Origin: Candidatus Poribacteria bacterium
GTDB taxonomy: Bacteria; Poribacteria; WGA-4E; WGA-3G
Assembly: GCA_965198235.1 (NCBI GenBank)
Contig: OZ240248.1
Location: 3,008,001-3,072,000 of the forward strand
Length of the DNA: 64,000 bases
Direction: 5' to 3'
This document shows, piece after piece, positions 1 to 10,310 of this stretch (the first letter of the stretch is position 1; every line of letters begins with the position of its first letter). A program made the position numbers and the translations under genes. The notes under the pieces are model-generated. The model was not told the origin of the DNA. It ran no database searches and saw only the letters and a program-made list of their open reading frames with translations.

Positions 1-616
1 CTATTATAACCTTGCCAAAGCTTACCGACTCCTTGGTGATATGCCGGCAGCAACGGAACAACTTAAGGTGTTCCAGCGGATGAAAACCTACTATGATCGG
101 ACCTACGCACTTGAAAGTGCTTTGGCAGAAGATCCAATGAACACGACGCTCCGACTGCAATTAGCAGAAGTCCATCTGGCGCACAAACACATCTCGGCAG
201 CAATTACGACATATCAAAGCCTGATCCGGCTGAGTCCAGAGTTGGTGACTGGATACGATAAGTTGGGGCGACTCTACATGGATCTCAACATACCCCAGCG
301 CGCCATTCCGTTCTTCCAGAAAGTCCTTGAACTAAATCCAGACGCTGTGGAAGCGCATGTTCGGTTAGGGTGGCTCTATACCACACTGAAGGCGTTTGAC
401 GAGGCAGAATCGCATCTGCAAGCGGCTATAGAGAAGATGCCCGGACTTACCTTAGCATACCACGGGTTAGCCGAAATTTACACGAAACAGGGGTATCTTC
501 AGAAGGCGATAGATGTCTACCGACATATCACAGAAATCGCACCTAACGACAAAGACGCTTGGAAGGCATTACAAAACTTAGAGCGTTTGAAGAAGAATCC
601 ACAAACGACGCGATAA
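1..616 (+). CDS. TPR-repeat protein, 5'-partial
   Basis: Frame is open from the window edge (YYNLAKAYRLLG...); several TPR-like units (AHVRLGWLY, AYHGLAEIY...AIDVY). Confidence 0.85.
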   Translation, partial: YYNLAKAYRLLGDMPAATEQLKVFQRMKTYYDRTYALESALAEDPMNTTLRLQLAEVHLAHKHISAAITTYQSLIRLSPELVTGYDKLGRLYMDLNIPQRAIPFFQKVLELNPDAVEAHVRLGWLYTTLKAFDEAESHLQAAIEKMPGLTLAYHGLAEIYTKQGYLQKAIDVYRHITEIAPNDKDAWKALQNLERLKKNPQTTR

Positions 617-626
617 ATTTCTCCTT

Positions 627-2312
627 ATGCGGAAAACTAATCTTAATGGCATCCCGTCCCTCTATCGCCTTTTCGCATTCGCACTTATAAGTTTCCAATA
701 TTGCACAATCGCGGTCCCAGAACCGATTTTCGTCGATGTTACGGAATCCGCAGGGATAACATTTGTGCATACCGACGGCAGAAGCGGTTTGAGACTCTTC
801 AATGAATTCCTCGGATCCGGTGGTGGATTCTTCGATTATGATGGAGACGGTGATCTCGACATCTACCTCGTCAATGGCGCGGTTCAAACAGGAAATGGAC
901 AAGACCAAACCTCGCATAACGTCCTCTATCGAAACAACGGCGATAACACCTTCACCGATGTCACCGACAAAGCAGGTGTAGGAAGTAGTGCCTACGGCAC
1001 CGGTGCCGCTGTCGGTGATTACGATAACGACGGCGATATAGATCTGTACGTTACCAACTTCGGTGGAGATCAACTCTATCGGAATAATGGTGACGGGACA
1101 TTCACAGACGTGACAACACACGCCCAAGTTAACAATCCGAACTGGGGCACCAGTTGTGCGTTTGCCGATGTGGATAACGATGGACACTTGGATCTCTATG
1201 TGGCGAACTACGCCGCATACGTACCGAAGGACGACATCCGGTGTGAAGAACGCGGGGTTCACGTCTATTGCGGTCCGCATGCGTATCCGGCGGTTCATGA
1301 TACCTTTTACAAGAACAACGGAGATGGCACCTTCACCGATATGTCGGCTTTGTTTCGTCCCTCGGACCTGATTCCGCAACACGGTTTAGGTGTAACGTTC
1401 GGCGATTACGATGCCGATGGAGACACCGACCTCTACGTCGCGAACGATCAGGATCCGAACTTTCTGTTTCAAAACAGCGGGATCAGTAATTTTTTGGAGG
1501 TTGCATTAATTTCAGGTGTATGCTATAATGATATGGGTAAAGAGGAAGCCGGCATGGGTACTGATTTCGGGGACTATGACAACGACGGATGGCTCGATCT
1601 CACCGTCAGCAACTACCAGACCGAAACCAATACCGTTTATCATAATCATGACGGCACCTTTTTTATCGACAATACGATTACATCAGGTATCGCAGAAGTA
1701 ACACACGGCTATTTGGGATGGGGCATCAAATTTTTTGATTATGACAACGATGGATACCAAGACATCTTTGTCGCGAACGGGCACTTGATGGATAACATTA
1801 CCGTGCTTGAGAAGCATGTAACCTATCCACAAAGGAATCTGTTGTTCAGGAATTTAGGCGACGGCAGGTTCACCAATGTCATATCAGAGACGGATGGCTT
1901 GGCACAGGAAAAGGTGAGTCGCGGTGCTGCTATCGGTGATTACGACAACGATGGCGACCTTGATATCCTTGTCACCAATTGCAATCAACGTCCAGATCTG
2001 CTCCAAAACGCCATCGGGAATCGAAATAATTGGATACAGATCCAAATCGTCGGACAAAAAAGCAACCGCTCTGGGATTGGCGCAAAGATTAAAGTCGTCA
2101 CCGGAACACATATCCAGTATTGGGAGGTACAGAGTGGCGGGAGTTATCTCTCCTTTCACGACTTGCGTGCCCATTTTGGCGTTGGCAAAGTGGAACAGAT
2201 TGATCTTCTTGAAATTCGCTGGCAAAGCGGACACATTGACCGAGGGATACACCTCCCCGTCAACCGGAAGTTTCTGGCAGTTGAAGGGAATGGGATTGTT
2301 TCGATAGATTAA
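627..2312 (+). CDS. CRTAC1-like FG-GAP/VCBS repeat protein with C-terminal ASPIC/UnbV domain
   Basis: Repeated GDYDNDGDxDLY motifs; C-terminal NRSGIGA...GGSYLS...HFGVG...IRWQSG; N-terminal signal-like segment. Confidence 0.9.
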   Translation: MRKTNLNGIPSLYRLFAFALISFQYCTIAVPEPIFVDVTESAGITFVHTDGRSGLRLFNEFLGSGGGFFDYDGDGDLDIYLVNGAVQTGNGQDQTSHNVLYRNNGDNTFTDVTDKAGVGSSAYGTGAAVGDYDNDGDIDLYVTNFGGDQLYRNNGDGTFTDVTTHAQVNNPNWGTSCAFADVDNDGHLDLYVANYAAYVPKDDIRCEERGVHVYCGPHAYPAVHDTFYKNNGDGTFTDMSALFRPSDLIPQHGLGVTFGDYDADGDTDLYVANDQDPNFLFQNSGISNFLEVALISGVCYNDMGKEEAGMGTDFGDYDNDGWLDLTVSNYQTETNTVYHNHDGTFFIDNTITSGIAEVTHGYLGWGIKFFDYDNDGYQDIFVANGHLMDNITVLEKHVTYPQRNLLFRNLGDGRFTNVISETDGLAQEKVSRGAAIGDYDNDGDLDILVTNCNQRPDLLQNAIGNRNNWIQIQIVGQKSNRSGIGAKIKVVTGTHIQYWEVQSGGSYLSFHDLRAHFGVGKVEQIDLLEIRWQSGHIDRGIHLPVNRKFLAVEGNGIVSID

Positions 2313-2397
2313 CCTATGTTAAAAAAGTAAAATACTTCTCTTCGCTGGCGAGGTTTGTAACCTCGCCCTATCCCGAAGAGACTTTCATGGAGGAAAA

Positions 2398-3173
2398 ATG
2401 AAAACCCTGTTTATAATGCTAACAGTCTTTTACGCGTTTACGGCATCTTTTGCCTACGCGTTGAACGAACCGGAGGATTCTCTCATCCTCTACTTCTCTT
2501 TTGATGAACTCGATGGTAAAACGCCATCGATCATTCAAAGTATGAGAACCATGGTGAAATAGTCGGCAATCCAAAGCACGTTGAAGGCAAATTCGGCAAA
2601 GCTTTGGAACTTAACGGCAAAAGCGACTGGGTTGTGGTGCCGCATCACGAGATTCTCACCGTTGACGAGAGTGTAACAGTGATGGCTTGGATTAATACTG
2701 AACGCCATCAAGGACCTGGTGGACAGCGGTGGCAAGGCATTGTTGCAAAGAGCAACGGTCCACGTTCCTATAGTTTCTACACCGAATTTCCGAGTGAATG
2801 TTTGCACCTCAGTGTCGGTGGCGGAAGCGTTTGCAACAAAAAGGTCCCCCTAAATGAATGGGTACACGTCGTCGCACAGGTAGATGGCGGCTCGACACAC
2901 AAGTATTGGGTGAACGGTGAAGCAGCTGGCGAATTCGGTGGCAAAAATAATCCACCCGGTAAAGCCGATACAGCGGATGTCCTTGTGGGTAAAACACACG
3001 AAAATCAACGCGAATTCCTTGGGCTCATTGACGAGGTCCGTGTCTGGAACCGTGCCCTTGATGAGGATGAGGTTATTGAACATATGGAGAGCGGCTATTT
3101 CGATATTTTCGCCGTTGATCCGCGCCAGAAACTCGCCACAACTTGGGGACACTTAAAGACATCACAACGATAA
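2398..3173 (+). CDS. Secreted LamG-like jelly-roll protein, apparent 1-nt frameshift at ~2520
   Basis: GGAGG SD then ATG 2398 MKTLFIML...LYFSFDELDGK; the reading continues in another frame (AIDHSKYENHG...GKFGKALEL) into ORF 2604-3173; GLIDEVRVWNRAL; tail VDPRQKLATTWGHLK. Confidence 0.8.
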
Positions 3174-3182
3174 AATTTGTCC

Positions 3183-3269
3183 GGGTGCGCGCTTCTGAAT
3201 CGCAATAATGTAATACAAGGAATGGATTTAGTCTATTTCCAGATTAAATCCGGTTCTCAGCGCGCACTC
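3183..3269. other. Nested inverted-repeat (structured RNA or MITE-like) element
   Basis: gggtgcgcgct/agcgcgcactc outer stem, gaatc/ggttc, inner hairpin ggatttagtct/agattaaatcc. Confidence 0.5.
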
Positions 3270-3281
3270 TCTATCTACTTT

Positions 3282-3551
3282 ATGAGTCGTCAGTATTGGC
3301 TGAATGGTGAAGCCGTTGGCGAATTCAGCGGTCAAAACCCTTTACCGGGGGCTGCCGATACTGCGGATGTCCTCGTCGGGAAGACACACGAAGGCAACCG
3401 TGAATTCCTTGGACTCATTGACGAAGTCCGCATCTGGAACCGTGCCCTCAGCGAAGACGAAATTCTCGCGGAAATGGAGACATCGTTGACGCCAGTCGAG
3501 CCGCTTGGGAAACTGTCCACGACTTGGGCGGCACTGAAATCCCAAAGGTAG
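3282..3551 (+). pseudogene. Orphan C-terminal fragment of a LamG paralogue
   Basis: YWLNGEAVGEF...ADVLVGKTHE...GLIDEVRIWNRAL...VEPLGKLSTTWAALK, collinear with the last ~90 aa of the upstream gene; no signal peptide or N-terminal half. Confidence 0.75.
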
Positions 3552-3628
3552 ATACAGTTCTTTCAGAGGTGGTGCGGTTCAAACCGCACCTGTCTCTTTA
3601 TTTTGCGAAAAGGAGAATGTATAACGTC

Positions 3629-4030
3629 ATGAACGGAAAATTTATAGCGTCAGGGAACGTAGAACGAGACGAACTCGACTGGGGAACAATCGGTTGGCTC
3701 AGCCGCCCAGAAAGTACAGGCGCGAAAGACATTGTCGCCATGGAAGTTAGCCTCTCCCCCGGGTATGGACACGACTTCCATAAGCATCCTGACCAAGAGG
3801 AGGTTATCTACGTTATAGAAGGGAGTGTAGAGCAGTGGCTTGAGGATAAGAAGCAGACGCTCAACGCAGGTGACTCTGTATTCATCCCCGCAGACATGGT
3901 CCACGCATCCTTTAACGTCTCCTCTCAGTCAGCGAAATTATTTGTTACCCTCAGCCCCAGCAAAGGCGCAGAGGGGTATCAACTCATTGATGTTTACGAT
4001 CAGGCACCGTGGAATACGCTCCGCTCGTAA
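3629..4030 (+). CDS. Cupin-domain protein
   Basis: Cupin motifs GHDFHKHPDQEEVIYVIEG and GDSVFIPADMVH; AGGAG upstream. Confidence 0.9.
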   Translation: MNGKFIASGNVERDELDWGTIGWLSRPESTGAKDIVAMEVSLSPGYGHDFHKHPDQEEVIYVIEGSVEQWLEDKKQTLNAGDSVFIPADMVHASFNVSSQSAKLFVTLSPSKGAEGYQLIDVYDQAPWNTLRS

Positions 4031-4035
4031 CCGTC

Positions 4036-4310
4036 TTTTTAACTTTTTTAACAATTGCTTCTGAGCTGCCCTTGCCGTTGTCAGGGAACAGTATTCCAAT
4101 AGTTAGAAAACCCGTCATAATCCAGAGGTGGTTGGAATTAACCGAAAACCACCGTGAAACGTTTTTTAAACGATGAGCCTCTGAACTGCTCTCCATTACA
4201 TTGCGAGCAGGTTTCAGATTTATTCAGTTGCTTTCCTTTAAAAACCCCGTAGGGGTGAAATCTCTGTAGAGGAACGGTGCCCAGATTTAATAGTTAAAAA
4301 AGTTAAAAAA
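4036..4310. repeat. Intergenic-filling MITE-like element (family A), inverted relative to the 26675 copy
   Basis: Ends match 10115-10310 and 26675-26881 (ttttaactattaaatctgggcaccgttcc-type and aaggcagcccaggagcaat-type ends); shared core ggaattaaccgaaaaccaccgtgaaacg. Confidence 0.75.
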
Positions 4311-5141
4311 ATGCTTGGAACGCCTGTCCCTGAAACATCAATGTCAATTCGCCAACGGATGCGTGAGTTCTACGAAACATCGGAAACCTATAAAGGGCTT
4401 CTATCTGCGCACGATGAAGCGTATCTCCGACACTACGTAGAATTGGTAATCCGCTATGCCCCGCCGCGTTCCAAAGTACTTGACCTCGGATGCGGGAACG
4501 GTATCTCGGCGCGGCTGCTCAATCAAGCGGATTTTGATGTCGTCGGAACCGACATCTCTCCGCTCTTTCTTGAAGACGCGCACGCATGGGAAAATCCGAG
4601 ACTCCGCTATCAAGTTTGCGATGTGATGGAACTTCCCTTTGAAAGCGAGTCCTTCAATGTTATCTGTTCAAACGAATTGATCGAACATCTGCCCGACGTA
4701 GAAACGGCGTTAACCGAGATGATAAGGGTTGTGTGCAAGGGCGGGAGAATTGTGCTTTCCGGACCCAATCTCTGCTCACCCTTAATTCCGTTTCTTGACT
4801 GGCTCAACCTGATGTTTGGCAAACCCGGCAGACCCGTCTGGGGTGAGACGAAACGGCAAGCGTTGCAGCAATTTACACGTAACTGCAGGCTCTATGTCTG
4901 GAAACGGTTCTTGACGAAATCACCGAACTTCATTTACCGTGAACCCGATTTACAGGCGGATGCCATCGGCGGTGATGCAGATAGTGCTTATTATGCCAGC
5001 TCTGTTGATCTCGCACAATTTTTCCGATCATACGGGTTCACGATAATCAGAAAAGCCGTTGGGTTCGGGATAAAAGGCAGGATGATCGCGGGCGCGTTTC
5101 CGTACTTGAGTCCTTATATCACGATGGTCGTCGAAAAATGA
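4311..5141 (+). CDS. Class I SAM-dependent methyltransferase
   Basis: VLDLGCGNG motif I; LPFESESFNVICSNELIEHL. Confidence 0.9.
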   Translation: MLGTPVPETSMSIRQRMREFYETSETYKGLLSAHDEAYLRHYVELVIRYAPPRSKVLDLGCGNGISARLLNQADFDVVGTDISPLFLEDAHAWENPRLRYQVCDVMELPFESESFNVICSNELIEHLPDVETALTEMIRVVCKGGRIVLSGPNLCSPLIPFLDWLNLMFGKPGRPVWGETKRQALQQFTRNCRLYVWKRFLTKSPNFIYREPDLQADAIGGDADSAYYASSVDLAQFFRSYGFTIIRKAVGFGIKGRMIAGAFPYLSPYITMVVEK

Positions 5142-5980
5142 ACATTCGTCCGGACGATTTTGTCTTAGAAATAGGGAGCGGTCATAATCCGAAAGCACGC
5201 TCGGATGTTTTATGTGATAAATTTATATCGGACGACGAACAACGCGGCGGTGCAATCGTCACTGACCGCCCGATAGTGGAAGCGGATGGTCAGTTTTTGC
5301 CATTTGCAGACCGGGCGTTTGACTATGTTATCTGCTCGCATGTATTGGAGCACGTCGAAGATCCTGTGCAACTTATCACCGAATTAGAGCGCGTTGCACG
5401 CCGTGGATATATTGAAACACCCTCTGAAATAGGGGAGCGAATCTACGGCTGGCACTATCATAACTGGGTGGTCAACCTTGTTGATGGCTGTTTGATGCTG
5501 CGGAGGAATGAGAGAGATTCCCAGTTCGGACAACTCTTCCATAGGCTGGCGGCGACGGATAAGCATTGGAAACGGTTTCATCTTACGCATCATCACCTCT
5601 TGCTGGTCGAGTATGAATGGGAAAACGAAATAAACTATAAAATACTTCCCGATCAAAAGCCAGCATTGAACTTAGAATGCCCAGATACCCTTGAGAGACT
5701 CATTGCATCGGATAATAACACCTCAGGACAGAGTGAGTGGCTGCTACTTCTTAAAAACGTAGTACCGCGGCGCGTCGTTTCTCAGACAAAATCGCTCTTG
5801 GTAAGAAGCAAACGTCGCCAGACGAAAACATTACAGGAAATTCTCGTCTGCCCGCAGTGTAAAGGCGAGATTACATGGGAAGAACAGCGTCTCCACTGCG
5901 AAGTGTGTGAACGACACTATCCAATTGTGGATGGAATTCCGAGATTCTCTATAGACATTGCCCCCCGCTGGGGTGCTTAA
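5138..5980 (+). CDS. Methyltransferase-domain protein with C-terminal Trm112-like Zn ribbon
   Basis: VLEIGSG, LPFADRAFDYVICSHVLEH; ILVCPQCKG...CEVCERHYPIVDGIP; ATGA overlap with upstream gene. Confidence 0.85.
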   Translation: MNIRPDDFVLEIGSGHNPKARSDVLCDKFISDDEQRGGAIVTDRPIVEADGQFLPFADRAFDYVICSHVLEHVEDPVQLITELERVARRGYIETPSEIGERIYGWHYHNWVVNLVDGCLMLRRNERDSQFGQLFHRLAATDKHWKRFHLTHHHLLLVEYEWENEINYKILPDQKPALNLECPDTLERLIASDNNTSGQSEWLLLLKNVVPRRVVSQTKSLLVRSKRRQTKTLQEILVCPQCKGEITWEEQRLHCEVCERHYPIVDGIPRFSIDIAPRWGA

Positions 5981-6056
5981 AAGGAATTCCTTTGAAGTTC
6001 TCCAGCGGAGAGTTATGTCTATAGGAGAAGGCAGCCCAGGAGCAATAAATTAAAAA

Positions 6057-7034
6057 ATGAATGTAGTACCGAAAGAATTTATCCGCGTGATGCCAGATAC
6101 AATCCGAGGCTTCGTCAGTGACGCTTTCCAGAAGGCAGGGACCTCAGAGGCGGACGCTACGCACATCGCACACCTGCTGGTTCTCACGGACCTACGCGGT
6201 GTGTTCAGTCATGGCACACGCCAAACGCCGGGATATGTGGGAATGATACTTGACGGCAAAGTAAATCCACGTCCGAACGTCCGCTGCATCGATGAATCCC
6301 CGACGACAGCGGTCTACGACGGTGATGGCGGTATGGGACATTTTGCCTCGTATCATGCCGCGAAAGCAGCGGTCAAAAAAGCCAAAGAGATGGGACTCGG
6401 TGCCGCAACGAGTCGGAATCACTTTCACTTTGGGAGTGCTGGCAAGTATTCACGGCTCGCACTTGAAGCCGATTGCGCCGGGTTTGCGGTCTCCTCCCAC
6501 CGTTTTCGACACAGCCCTGACAGCGCGATTGCCACCGCAACTGGAGCTTCGCCGATGAGTTTTGCAATTCCGGCGGGCAACCAGCCGCCCATAGTCGTCG
6601 ATATGGCAACCGGCGTTGATGCCAAGCTGCCGTTGGAACAAGCGTTTGAACAGAGTCCCGCTGCGTTCTTCAAGATGTTGGGTTTGAGTCATGTGAGTCA
6701 TGCACTCGGTGGGTTTATGGCAGGCATCTGGTTGTTCGATAAGCCGCCGGATCTCCCAATAATCTGGGAAGGTGCCAATCAAGGTGCTTTCATTGCAGCG
6801 ATTGACATTTCCCGATTCCGACCGATTGACGAGTATAAGGCGGAGATCGACCAACATATCCACGATGCCCGACAGATGCAACCGGCACCCGGCTATGACC
6901 GATCGGATCTGCCCGGCGGCTTAGAATGGGAGCGCGAACAGGAATGGGCTGAAATCGGCATCCCGGTTGGCGAAGAACATCGAGAACAGTTGAAAATAGT
7001 TGCTGAACGAGTTGGCATTCCGCTTCCATTCTAA
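6057..7034 (+). CDS. Ldh_2 family (malate/L-lactate/ureidoglycolate dehydrogenase-like) oxidoreductase
   Basis: DLRGVFSHG, DGDGGMGH, RNHFHFG, VVDMATG. Confidence 0.85.
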   Translation: MNVVPKEFIRVMPDTIRGFVSDAFQKAGTSEADATHIAHLLVLTDLRGVFSHGTRQTPGYVGMILDGKVNPRPNVRCIDESPTTAVYDGDGGMGHFASYHAAKAAVKKAKEMGLGAATSRNHFHFGSAGKYSRLALEADCAGFAVSSHRFRHSPDSAIATATGASPMSFAIPAGNQPPIVVDMATGVDAKLPLEQAFEQSPAAFFKMLGLSHVSHALGGFMAGIWLFDKPPDLPIIWEGANQGAFIAAIDISRFRPIDEYKAEIDQHIHDARQMQPAPGYDRSDLPGGLEWEREQEWAEIGIPVGEEHREQLKIVAERVGIPLPF

Positions 7035-7139
7035 ATTCAGAATACTCTCAGCAAGCCAACAACGGCGGCTTGCGGAACTTAATCGAAAACCCTTGTGAAA
7101 CCAACATTGTAGTTTAACGCTTCGCGCAAAATTAAAATT

Positions 7140-8102
7140 ATGAATACCAATACAAACAATATAGAAGATCGAAATATCGTAATTATTGGCGGAGGCACCG
7201 CCGGTTTTGCCGCGGGCCTCTATACCTCCCGCGCAATGCTTGAACCTATCCTGATTACAGGAGACGCACTCGGCGGACAACTCTCTTTGACGCTTGATCT
7301 GGAAAATTATCCCGGCTTCTTTGGTAACGAGGCGGGAGTTTTTATACAGGGCATGCAAGAACAGGCAGAGCGGTTCGGCACTGAGGTCAAATTCGACACC
7401 GTAACGGCGGTTGACTTTTCGCAACACCCGTTTGCTGTCACCACCTATGAGAAAGAGTACCGTGCGAAATCTGTGATTATATGCACGGGTGCATCGCCGC
7501 GCACGCTTGATATTCCCGGTGAAGAGGGATATGGCGGACGGGGTGTCTCCTACTGCGCGACGTGCGATGGGTTCTTCTTCCAAGATCAGCGGCTTGTTGT
7601 CGTTGGTGGGGGTGACGCGGCGTTAGAAGAGGGCATCTTCTTAACCAAATACGCCTCCGAGGTGTATATCGTCCACCGCCGTGATCAGCTCCGGGCGAGC
7701 CAGATTATGCAGGAGCGCGCCTTCAAAAACGATAAAATTAAGTTTATCTGGGACACCGTCGTTGAGGAGATCAATGGCGACGCAGAAAAAGTGACAGGTG
7801 CCACCCTCAAAAACGTTAAAACCGGTGAGACGCAACTCTTCCCGATTGACGGTGTATTTATCTTTGTTGGACATATTCCGAACACAGAACTCTTCACAGA
7901 TGTCATACATACAGATGAGCAAGGGTATATCATTGTGGACGATATGCAACGCACAAACGTAAACGGGGTCTATGCCGCGGGCGATGTCCACGATCATGTC
8001 TTCCGCCAAGCGATTACCGCCGCAGGTGCCGGTGCTGCATCCGCTATCGCCGCTGAAAAGTTCATCGCAGAATTAGAGAACCGCGCCTATCCGGGGAATT
8101 GA
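7140..8102 (+). CDS. trxB: Thioredoxin-disulfide reductase
   Basis: GGGTAG, GVSYCATCDG, VGGGDAALEE, VHRRDQLRA, GVYAAGDV. Confidence 0.95.
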   Translation: MNTNTNNIEDRNIVIIGGGTAGFAAGLYTSRAMLEPILITGDALGGQLSLTLDLENYPGFFGNEAGVFIQGMQEQAERFGTEVKFDTVTAVDFSQHPFAVTTYEKEYRAKSVIICTGASPRTLDIPGEEGYGGRGVSYCATCDGFFFQDQRLVVVGGGDAALEEGIFLTKYASEVYIVHRRDQLRASQIMQERAFKNDKIKFIWDTVVEEINGDAEKVTGATLKNVKTGETQLFPIDGVFIFVGHIPNTELFTDVIHTDEQGYIIVDDMQRTNVNGVYAAGDVHDHVFRQAITAAGAGAASAIAAEKFIAELENRAYPGN

Positions 8103-8118
8103 TCCGCTGAATAGGTAA

Positions 8119-8400
8119 GCTGTAAAGAAGATTGATATTCAGTTCTTACAGACAACAGGAGAAGAGCGTTATCAACAGGGACTCCAGCAAGGAGCTGAAC
8201 AAGGCGCGCTACAAACGGCGATCAAATCCCTCTTTGGTGTCCTTGAGTTTCGGTTTGATGGACGCGCCGTTCAGGTGCTTAGGCCCGCATTAGAAAGCAT
8301 CCAGGATATCCAACGTCTTGAACAATTGCATCACGAAGCTTTGCGCGTAGAAACCCTTGAGGCATTCGCCCGCACTTTGGACATGAGTGGTAATCGGTAG
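8119..8400 (+). pseudogene. C-terminal fragment of an Rpn/YhgA/DUF4351-like protein (no start codon)
   Basis: Open frame ...EERYQQGLQQGAEQGALQTAIKSLFGVLEFRF...ESIQDIQRLEQLHHEALRVETLEAFARTL*, typical QG-repeat plus helical tail; absent from the ORF track. Confidence 0.6.
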
Positions 8401-8469
8401 GATTAATCTACGGTCCCAATATTATTTGCAACAATTTTCACGGAATTCAACTATAAGGAAACCGTTTCA

Positions 8470-10128
8470 GTGACTGATCACACACACCCACGCCTTGCCC
8501 TCGGTTTAGATTCAAGCACCCAAAGTCTATCTGCTGTCGTCATTGATATAGACACAGCGGAAAAATGTTTTGAACATTCGCTTGATTATCGCACCGATGC
8601 CCGTCTCAACCAATTCGGTATCGGAGAGGACTATATCTTACCGCCGAGAGAGGAAGGTGAAGCCGAACAGCCACCGTTGATGTACCTCGCCTCACTTGAC
8701 GCTATGTTTACCGACATGCGCGAGGCAGGCGTGCCACTTGAAAACATCCTCCTCATTAACACATCGGGGCAGCAACACGGGCATGTCTATCTGAACCGAG
8801 ATGCAGATGCACTTCTGGCGCAACTTGCAAGTTTCCAGAATTCCGACGAAGATACCCGCGACTTACAAATCTTGCTAAAAGATGCGTTTGCGTATCCCAC
8901 TGCCCCAATCTGGATGACCGCGAATACGACTGCGCAAACTGAGGCTGTCCGAAACGGGGTCGGTGGAAAATCGGAGATGATTGACCTTTCCGGTTCGGAC
9001 GCGCCGCTCCGCTTCACAGGTGCTGTCGTGCGCCGTGTTGGGGAGCGGTTTCCTGAATGCTATGCGGCAACAGCAAAAGTCCAGTTGATTAGCAGTTTTA
9101 TTCCCGCAGTGCTGACCGGTAACGCTGGGGTGCCTATTGATTACGGAAACGGATGTGGGATGTCGCTTATGAACTACCGGACGAAAGTCTGGGATGCCGC
9201 ATTGTTAACAGCGACCTCGGACGGCTTACTGGGCGGTGTGGAAGCACTCCAGTCGAAATTGCCCACGCTCGCACGTCCAGATTCCATTGTGAGCCGTCTC
9301 GCCGCGTATTACATAGAGAAGTATGGCTTTGATGGTCGCTGCGCGGTGATGGCAGGTTCTGGCGACAATCCGCAGTCGAAGGTGCCTGTTGCTGGAGATT
9401 TGCTTAGCCTCGGAACCAGTTTCGTCAACATGGTATCAACCGATGGAGATACACTTGATCCAGAGGGATTTGCCAACGCAATGTATGACGGCATCAACCG
9501 TCCGTTTATGTTCGGATGTCGCACAAACGGGGCAATGGTATGGGATGCCGTGAGAAGTCATTACGGCTTGGCGAAAGAGGAATACGCCCCTGCAGAAGCC
9601 GCGTTACAGACGGTTGCCCCTGGACAGTTTATGACGTTTTGGCAACCTAAGACTGAGTCCTTTCCAGTCTCTGGTGCGTTTGAGTTAATCCGCTCCACCG
9701 CACAATCTACATTGGCAGAAGACTATACCGGTATCATTGAAACGAGCCTCGCCGCGGTTTACATTTACTCTGAGGTCTTTACAAAGCAGACGCAGGAACC
9801 GTTGTTTGTAACGGGCGGCGCAACAGATAGTCCTGAAATCATGCGGCGGGTCGCAGGAATCTGGAATAGACCGACGCTTCCGGTAGAGAAAGGTGGAGCC
9901 GCACTTGGTGCCGCTGTTGCGGGGGTCAAGGCATTTTTTGACGCAGATGCCGATATGGAGGCGGAGTCTTTTGATGTTGAGGCGTTCAGTGCTGCGGTCT
10001 TGAAGCGCGGTGAATCAATCCAGCCGAACCCCGCAGACGTTGCCGCCTATCATGGTGAGCGGAAATACCTCCACCGGTTTCGGGAGAAATACGAGCAGAT
10101 TATGGCAGAACACCTTTTAAACTATTAA
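8470..10128 (+). CDS. FGGY carbohydrate kinase, xylulokinase-like
   Basis: LGLDSSTQSL, SGQQHG, GSGDNP, LSLGTS, VTGGA, GAALGAA. Confidence 0.85.
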   Translation: MTDHTHPRLALGLDSSTQSLSAVVIDIDTAEKCFEHSLDYRTDARLNQFGIGEDYILPPREEGEAEQPPLMYLASLDAMFTDMREAGVPLENILLINTSGQQHGHVYLNRDADALLAQLASFQNSDEDTRDLQILLKDAFAYPTAPIWMTANTTAQTEAVRNGVGGKSEMIDLSGSDAPLRFTGAVVRRVGERFPECYAATAKVQLISSFIPAVLTGNAGVPIDYGNGCGMSLMNYRTKVWDAALLTATSDGLLGGVEALQSKLPTLARPDSIVSRLAAYYIEKYGFDGRCAVMAGSGDNPQSKVPVAGDLLSLGTSFVNMVSTDGDTLDPEGFANAMYDGINRPFMFGCRTNGAMVWDAVRSHYGLAKEEYAPAEAALQTVAPGQFMTFWQPKTESFPVSGAFELIRSTAQSTLAEDYTGIIETSLAAVYIYSEVFTKQTQEPLFVTGGATDSPEIMRRVAGIWNRPTLPVEKGGAALGAAVAGVKAFFDADADMEAESFDVEAFSAAVLKRGESIQPNPADVAAYHGERKYLHRFREKYEQIMAEHLLNY

Positions 10129-10310
10129 ATCTGGGCACCGCTCCACTACGTTTCGCGGTGGGGACTAATAAATTCCGATGCAACTGAGACGATGTACGAT
10201 TCTTAAGTGCTTGTATCCGCTACCTATCATAACCCGAAGGCGGTTGGAATTAACCGAAAATCATCGTGGAACGTAGTGGAACGATGCTCGGAAGTCCATA
10301 ATTAAAAAAA
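10115..10310. repeat. Intergenic-filling MITE-like element (family A)
   Basis: Starts ttttaaactattaaatctgggcaccgctcc (contains the kinase stop codon) and ends ataattaaaaaaa directly before the moaC ATG. Confidence 0.75.

Noticed and set aside
543-1382. Long antisense ORFs (also 6921-7583, 39632-40303, 50724-51332, 54664-55227 and others)
   Set aside because: Shadows of well-supported genes on the opposite strand or frame, with no motifs of their own.
2902-3470. DGR template/variable repeat pair
   Set aside because: Differences are not adenine-specific, many are synonymous, and no reverse transcriptase is present.
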